From positions 1 through 39,807 of the forward strand of contig JBBDTI010000021.1 in NCBI GenBank assembly GCA_040904565.1: DNA of 39,807 nucleotides, in the 5' to 3' direction. Made by a program: the position numbers and the translations under genes. Numbering within the stretch: position 1 is the first letter of the stretch; the number at the start of each line of letters is the position of its first letter. The DNA comes from Rhodothermales bacterium. GTDB taxonomy: Bacteria > Bacteroidota > Rhodothermia > Rhodothermales > VXPQ01. Of the stretch, positions 36,931-39,807 are shown piece after piece. The notes beneath the pieces are model-generated. The model was not told the DNA's origin and did not search any database. It worked only from the letters and a program-made list of their open reading frames with translations.

Positions 36931-37983
36931 TCAGGTCCCGCTCTCGTCGCGGAAGTGATCGTATCCGCCCTTCCCCAGCGGAAAGGTCGTCCCATCCGGC
37001 ATCTTGACGGTTACGTCCGATTCGGCCGTGAAACGACCGATGACGCTGTACGATTCGTCCTCTATCTTCTCCAGATCGTCCCTGGCCGCGGCGAAAAGCA
37101 GCTCGTAGTCTTCCCCACCGAAGAGCGCGAACGTATCCACATCCTCCTCAAACTCGTCGGCGACGCGCCGCGTCTCGAGTGCTACCGGGACGGCAGCTAC
37201 GTGCAGTTCGGCGCCGCATCCGCTCTGCGTGCAGACGTGATGAATGTCGGATCCGAGTCCGTCAGACAGGTCGATGAGCGCATGGGGCTTCACGCCCGCC
37301 TCGCGCCAGGCGCGCACGACGTCGAGTCGGGCCGTCGGGACGAGATGCCGCTGGATCACGTATTGATATTCTTCGACGTTCGGCGCGAAATCATCGCCGC
37401 GTTCCTGCAGCTCCTGACGCTGGCGAAGAAGAATCTTGAGTCCGGCGAAAGCACCGCCCAGGTCTCCGGTGACGCAGAGCAGGTCGCCCGGCGCCGCCCC
37501 GCGGCGATAGACGACGTCGCGCGTCCGCGCTTCGCCGACGACCGTTACGGAGATGGTGAGCTGATGGGCGGCGGACGTATCGCCGCCGACGACGGTCACG
37601 CCGTAGCGTTCGCACGCCTTGCGCATGCCCTGGTAGAATGATTCGACCTGCTCGACGGATACGGTCTCGGGAAGCCCGAGTCCGACCGTCGCATACCGCG
37701 GCTCGGCGTTCATCGCGACGACGTCGCTCACGTTGACGGCGATAGACTTCATCCCGAGGTACTCCATCGGGTTGATGAGGCGATCGAAGTGGACGCCTTC
37801 TATGAGGACATCCGTCGTCATGACGTGGACGTGGTCGTCGTCGATGCGGTAGACGGCCGCATCATCTGAAATGCCCGCTAATACGTCGTCGTTGGTCGGC
37901 TTTCCGAGAATAGTCTTCATCCTGTCGATGAGTCCAAACTCGCCGACCTCACGAATCGGCGTAAAGTCACTGTCTGTGGCCAT
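36931..37983 (-). CDS. thiL: Thiamine-monophosphate kinase
   Basis: GEFGLI, DDAAV, EGVHFD, VNVSDVVAMNA, GGDT, IDLSDGL, GGEDYELLF, GYDHF. Confidence 0.95.
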   Translation of the reverse strand: MATDSDFTPIREVGEFGLIDRMKTILGKPTNDDVLAGISDDAAVYRIDDDHVHVMTTDVLIEGVHFDRLINPMEYLGMKSIAVNVSDVVAMNAEPRYATVGLGLPETVSVEQVESFYQGMRKACERYGVTVVGGDTSAAHQLTISVTVVGEARTRDVVYRRGAAPGDLLCVTGDLGGAFAGLKILLRQRQELQERGDDFAPNVEEYQYVIQRHLVPTARLDVVRAWREAGVKPHALIDLSDGLGSDIHHVCTQSGCGAELHVAAVPVALETRRVADEFEEDVDTFALFGGEDYELLFAAARDDLEKIEDESYSVIGRFTAESDVTVKMPDGTTFPLGKGGYDHFRDESGT

Positions 37984-38036
37984 GCGTCAAGATCTATTGG
38001 ATGGTAGGTAGATATCGTGTTGCGCGTCGAACCCGA

Positions 38037-39233
38037 TCAGGCCGGCACGCAGATCTTCCCGAGTATCGTCGCATGCGAAGCCCCCGTCACGGACGGAAGG
38101 CTGGTGGGCGTGCCGTTCACGGCTTCATGAGCCAGGACGGCGAAACAGAGGGCCTCCTTGGCATCGGCGTCGAGTCCATACTCTTCGACGGTGCGAACGG
38201 GAATCGGCGCGAACGTGTTCTTGAGGCGATCCATGAGATACGTGTTATGCATGCCGCCGCCGGAGACCACGAGCACGTCGAGCTCGTGCCGGTCGCGGAT
38301 GAACCGGGCGTACGCCTGGTAGATGGAGAGTACGGTCAGCATGGTACCCGTGGCCATGATGTCTTCCGGCCGCGGATCGTCCATCAACTCGCTGCAGCGC
38401 GTGACGAGCCGCTCTGCGTAGGGAAGCCCGAAACGTTCGCGCCCGGTCGACTTCGGGGGCTCGTGCGTGAAGTAGGGATCTCCCAGAAGCTCCGCCATAA
38501 GGGCATCGTCGAACCGTCCCTCCGCGGCCCGCCGGCCGCCGTCGTCGAACGGCTCGTCGAAGAGGATGCGCGAAAGCGAGTCGACCACCATGTTGGCCGG
38601 GCCCGTATCGAACGCGAAGATCTCGTCGCGCCCACCACCGGCGGGGATGACGGTGACGTTGGCGATGCCTCCCAGGTTCAGCAGTCCGCGTGTCTCGTTC
38701 TCGTCGCGAAAGTACACGTAGTCGAAATAAGGGACGAGCGGCGCTCCCTGTCCGCCCAGCGCCATGTCGGCCAGCCGAAAATCACCCACGACGGGGATGT
38801 CGAGGAGATTGGCCAGGACGGAGGGATCGCCGACCTGAAGCGTCGAGGCCGTCTTCCGGCCGGCACATGGAATGGGATTGGGCACGTGATGGAGAGTCTG
38901 CCCATGTGACCCGACCAGATCGACGTTTCCGGTAGTGAGTCCGGCCGCCTCGACGACCCGGTCGACAGCGCGGCGGTATTCGTGCGCGAGACGGACGTTG
39001 AGCTGCGAGATATCCAGGACGTTCGAGCTCGCCGGCGTAGAGTTGGAAAGTAGACGGGTGCGCAAATCTTCGGGATACGGCGTGGTATCGAAACCGAGCA
39101 GCTCGATACGAAGGGCTTCTCCGGTGCCCGCGATACGCGCGATGGCCGCGTCGATCCCGTCGAGCGACGTGCCGCTCATCAGGCCGACGACGACGAGAGA
39201 GGGCGCCTCCCACAAGCTTCGGAGTCGCCGCAT
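38037..39233 (-). CDS. anmK: Anhydro-N-acetylmuramic acid kinase
   Basis: Probable start 39233; GLMSGTSLDGID, GSHGQT, DFRLADMALGGQGAPLVP, NLGGIAN, FDTGPAN, PKSTGRE, KEALCFA. Confidence 0.95.
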   Translation of the reverse strand: MRRLRSLWEAPSLVVVGLMSGTSLDGIDAAIARIAGTGEALRIELLGFDTTPYPEDLRTRLLSNSTPASSNVLDISQLNVRLAHEYRRAVDRVVEAAGLTTGNVDLVGSHGQTLHHVPNPIPCAGRKTASTLQVGDPSVLANLLDIPVVGDFRLADMALGGQGAPLVPYFDYVYFRDENETRGLLNLGGIANVTVIPAGGGRDEIFAFDTGPANMVVDSLSRILFDEPFDDGGRRAAEGRFDDALMAELLGDPYFTHEPPKSTGRERFGLPYAERLVTRCSELMDDPRPEDIMATGTMLTVLSIYQAYARFIRDRHELDVLVVSGGGMHNTYLMDRLKNTFAPIPVRTVEEYGLDADAKEALCFAVLAHEAVNGTPTSLPSVTGASHATILGKICVPA

Positions 39234-39240
39234 GATGGAG

Positions 39241-39807
39241 CTATTCCTCGGATGCCTTCGAGCGCATTTCTTCCGCCTTCGCCTTGTAAGCCGCCTCGTC
39301 ATCCGACTGCTGGACGGCGAGTAGGTCGTAGACGCGTGCAGCTTCATCGTACTGGCCCTGCGAGGCGTAGATCCTCGCCAGCGTCACGCTAACAACATCT
39401 TCAATGTCGTCGTCGAGCTCCGGCTCGGGCAGGGTGTCCAGGTCCGGTCGCGGGACGATGCGGGCGGACTCGAGCTCCGCGATGAGGCGATCGAGGTCCC
39501 GATCCTCCCCGGGGTCCCGGTGGCTCGAGATGTCCTGGTCTTGCTCCACCCCACGTTCCTCCGCGAGGTCCCGATCGTCGGCAAGGTCCTGAACGTGTTC
39601 GGACTCCGGGTCCGGCTCGAGGGGCGGAGCGGATTCCGGGTCCCGGTCTGCGCGCTCGTCAACATCCGGATGCACGTCCGAGGCCATCCGGACGTCCGCC
39701 TCATCGGGTTCGGCCCACTCCGTCGCATCATCAGATTCGGCCCAGTCTGTCGCCGGCGTGCTCACCGTCACGGACGGCAGCTCTTCCGCGGTTGCACCGG
39801 ACGCGGC
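39241..39807 (-). CDS. Acidic low-complexity protein with C-terminal TPR-like motif, 3' part only
   Basis: The frame appears to stay open to the window edge; D/E-rich; C-terminal 'VSVTLARIYASQGQYDEAARVY'; stop 7 bp before the anmK start. Confidence 0.7.
   Translation of the reverse strand, partial: AASGATAEELPSVTVSTPATDWAESDDATEWAEPDEADVRMASDVHPDVDERADRDPESAPPLEPDPESEHVQDLADDRDLAEERGVEQDQDISSHRDPGEDRDLDRLIAELESARIVPRPDLDTLPEPELDDDIEDVVSVTLARIYASQGQYDEAARVYDLLAVQQSDDEAAYKAKAEEMRSKASEE

Overview
GC-rich bacterial chromosomal window, most likely Rhodothermota (Rhodothermales-like). This is inferred from the FCB-type AtpD insertion, the split atpD-atpC pair, T9SS/PorV genes and a salinixanthin-type carotenoid cluster. 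From left to right: (1) a partial ExoD-like gene and tRNA-Ile2(CAU); (2) a ~12 kb envelope locus with a two-CxxCH/FG-GAP protein, a minus-strand run of TonB-dependent receptor, T9SS-CTD-like cargo, PorV-family barrel and TPR lipoprotein (no SusD) behind a sigma70-type promoter with LacI-like operators, and an ASPIC/UnbV (CRTAC1) lipoprotein; (3) NIPSNAP, nitrilase and Tat-exported TIM-barrel genes; (4) an Lrp/AsnC regulator followed by tandem type I and type III glutamine synthetases; (5) a DUF5916 gene coupled to a DSD1-like PLP enzyme; (6) atpD-atpC; (7) a carotenoid cluster with a CarH-like B12 photoreceptor (GT2, idi, crtI, acyltransferase, a three-part CruF-CrtB-unknown fusion, crtO-like, lycopene cyclase); (8) a lipoprotein, thiL, anmK and a partial acidic TPR-like gene. 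No CRISPR array, integrase or transposase was seen. The best novelty candidates are the SusD-less TBDR/CTD/PorV cassette with its heme-FG-GAP neighbour and the three-domain CruF-CrtB-X fusion. All product calls come from motif recognition by eye; no searches were run.
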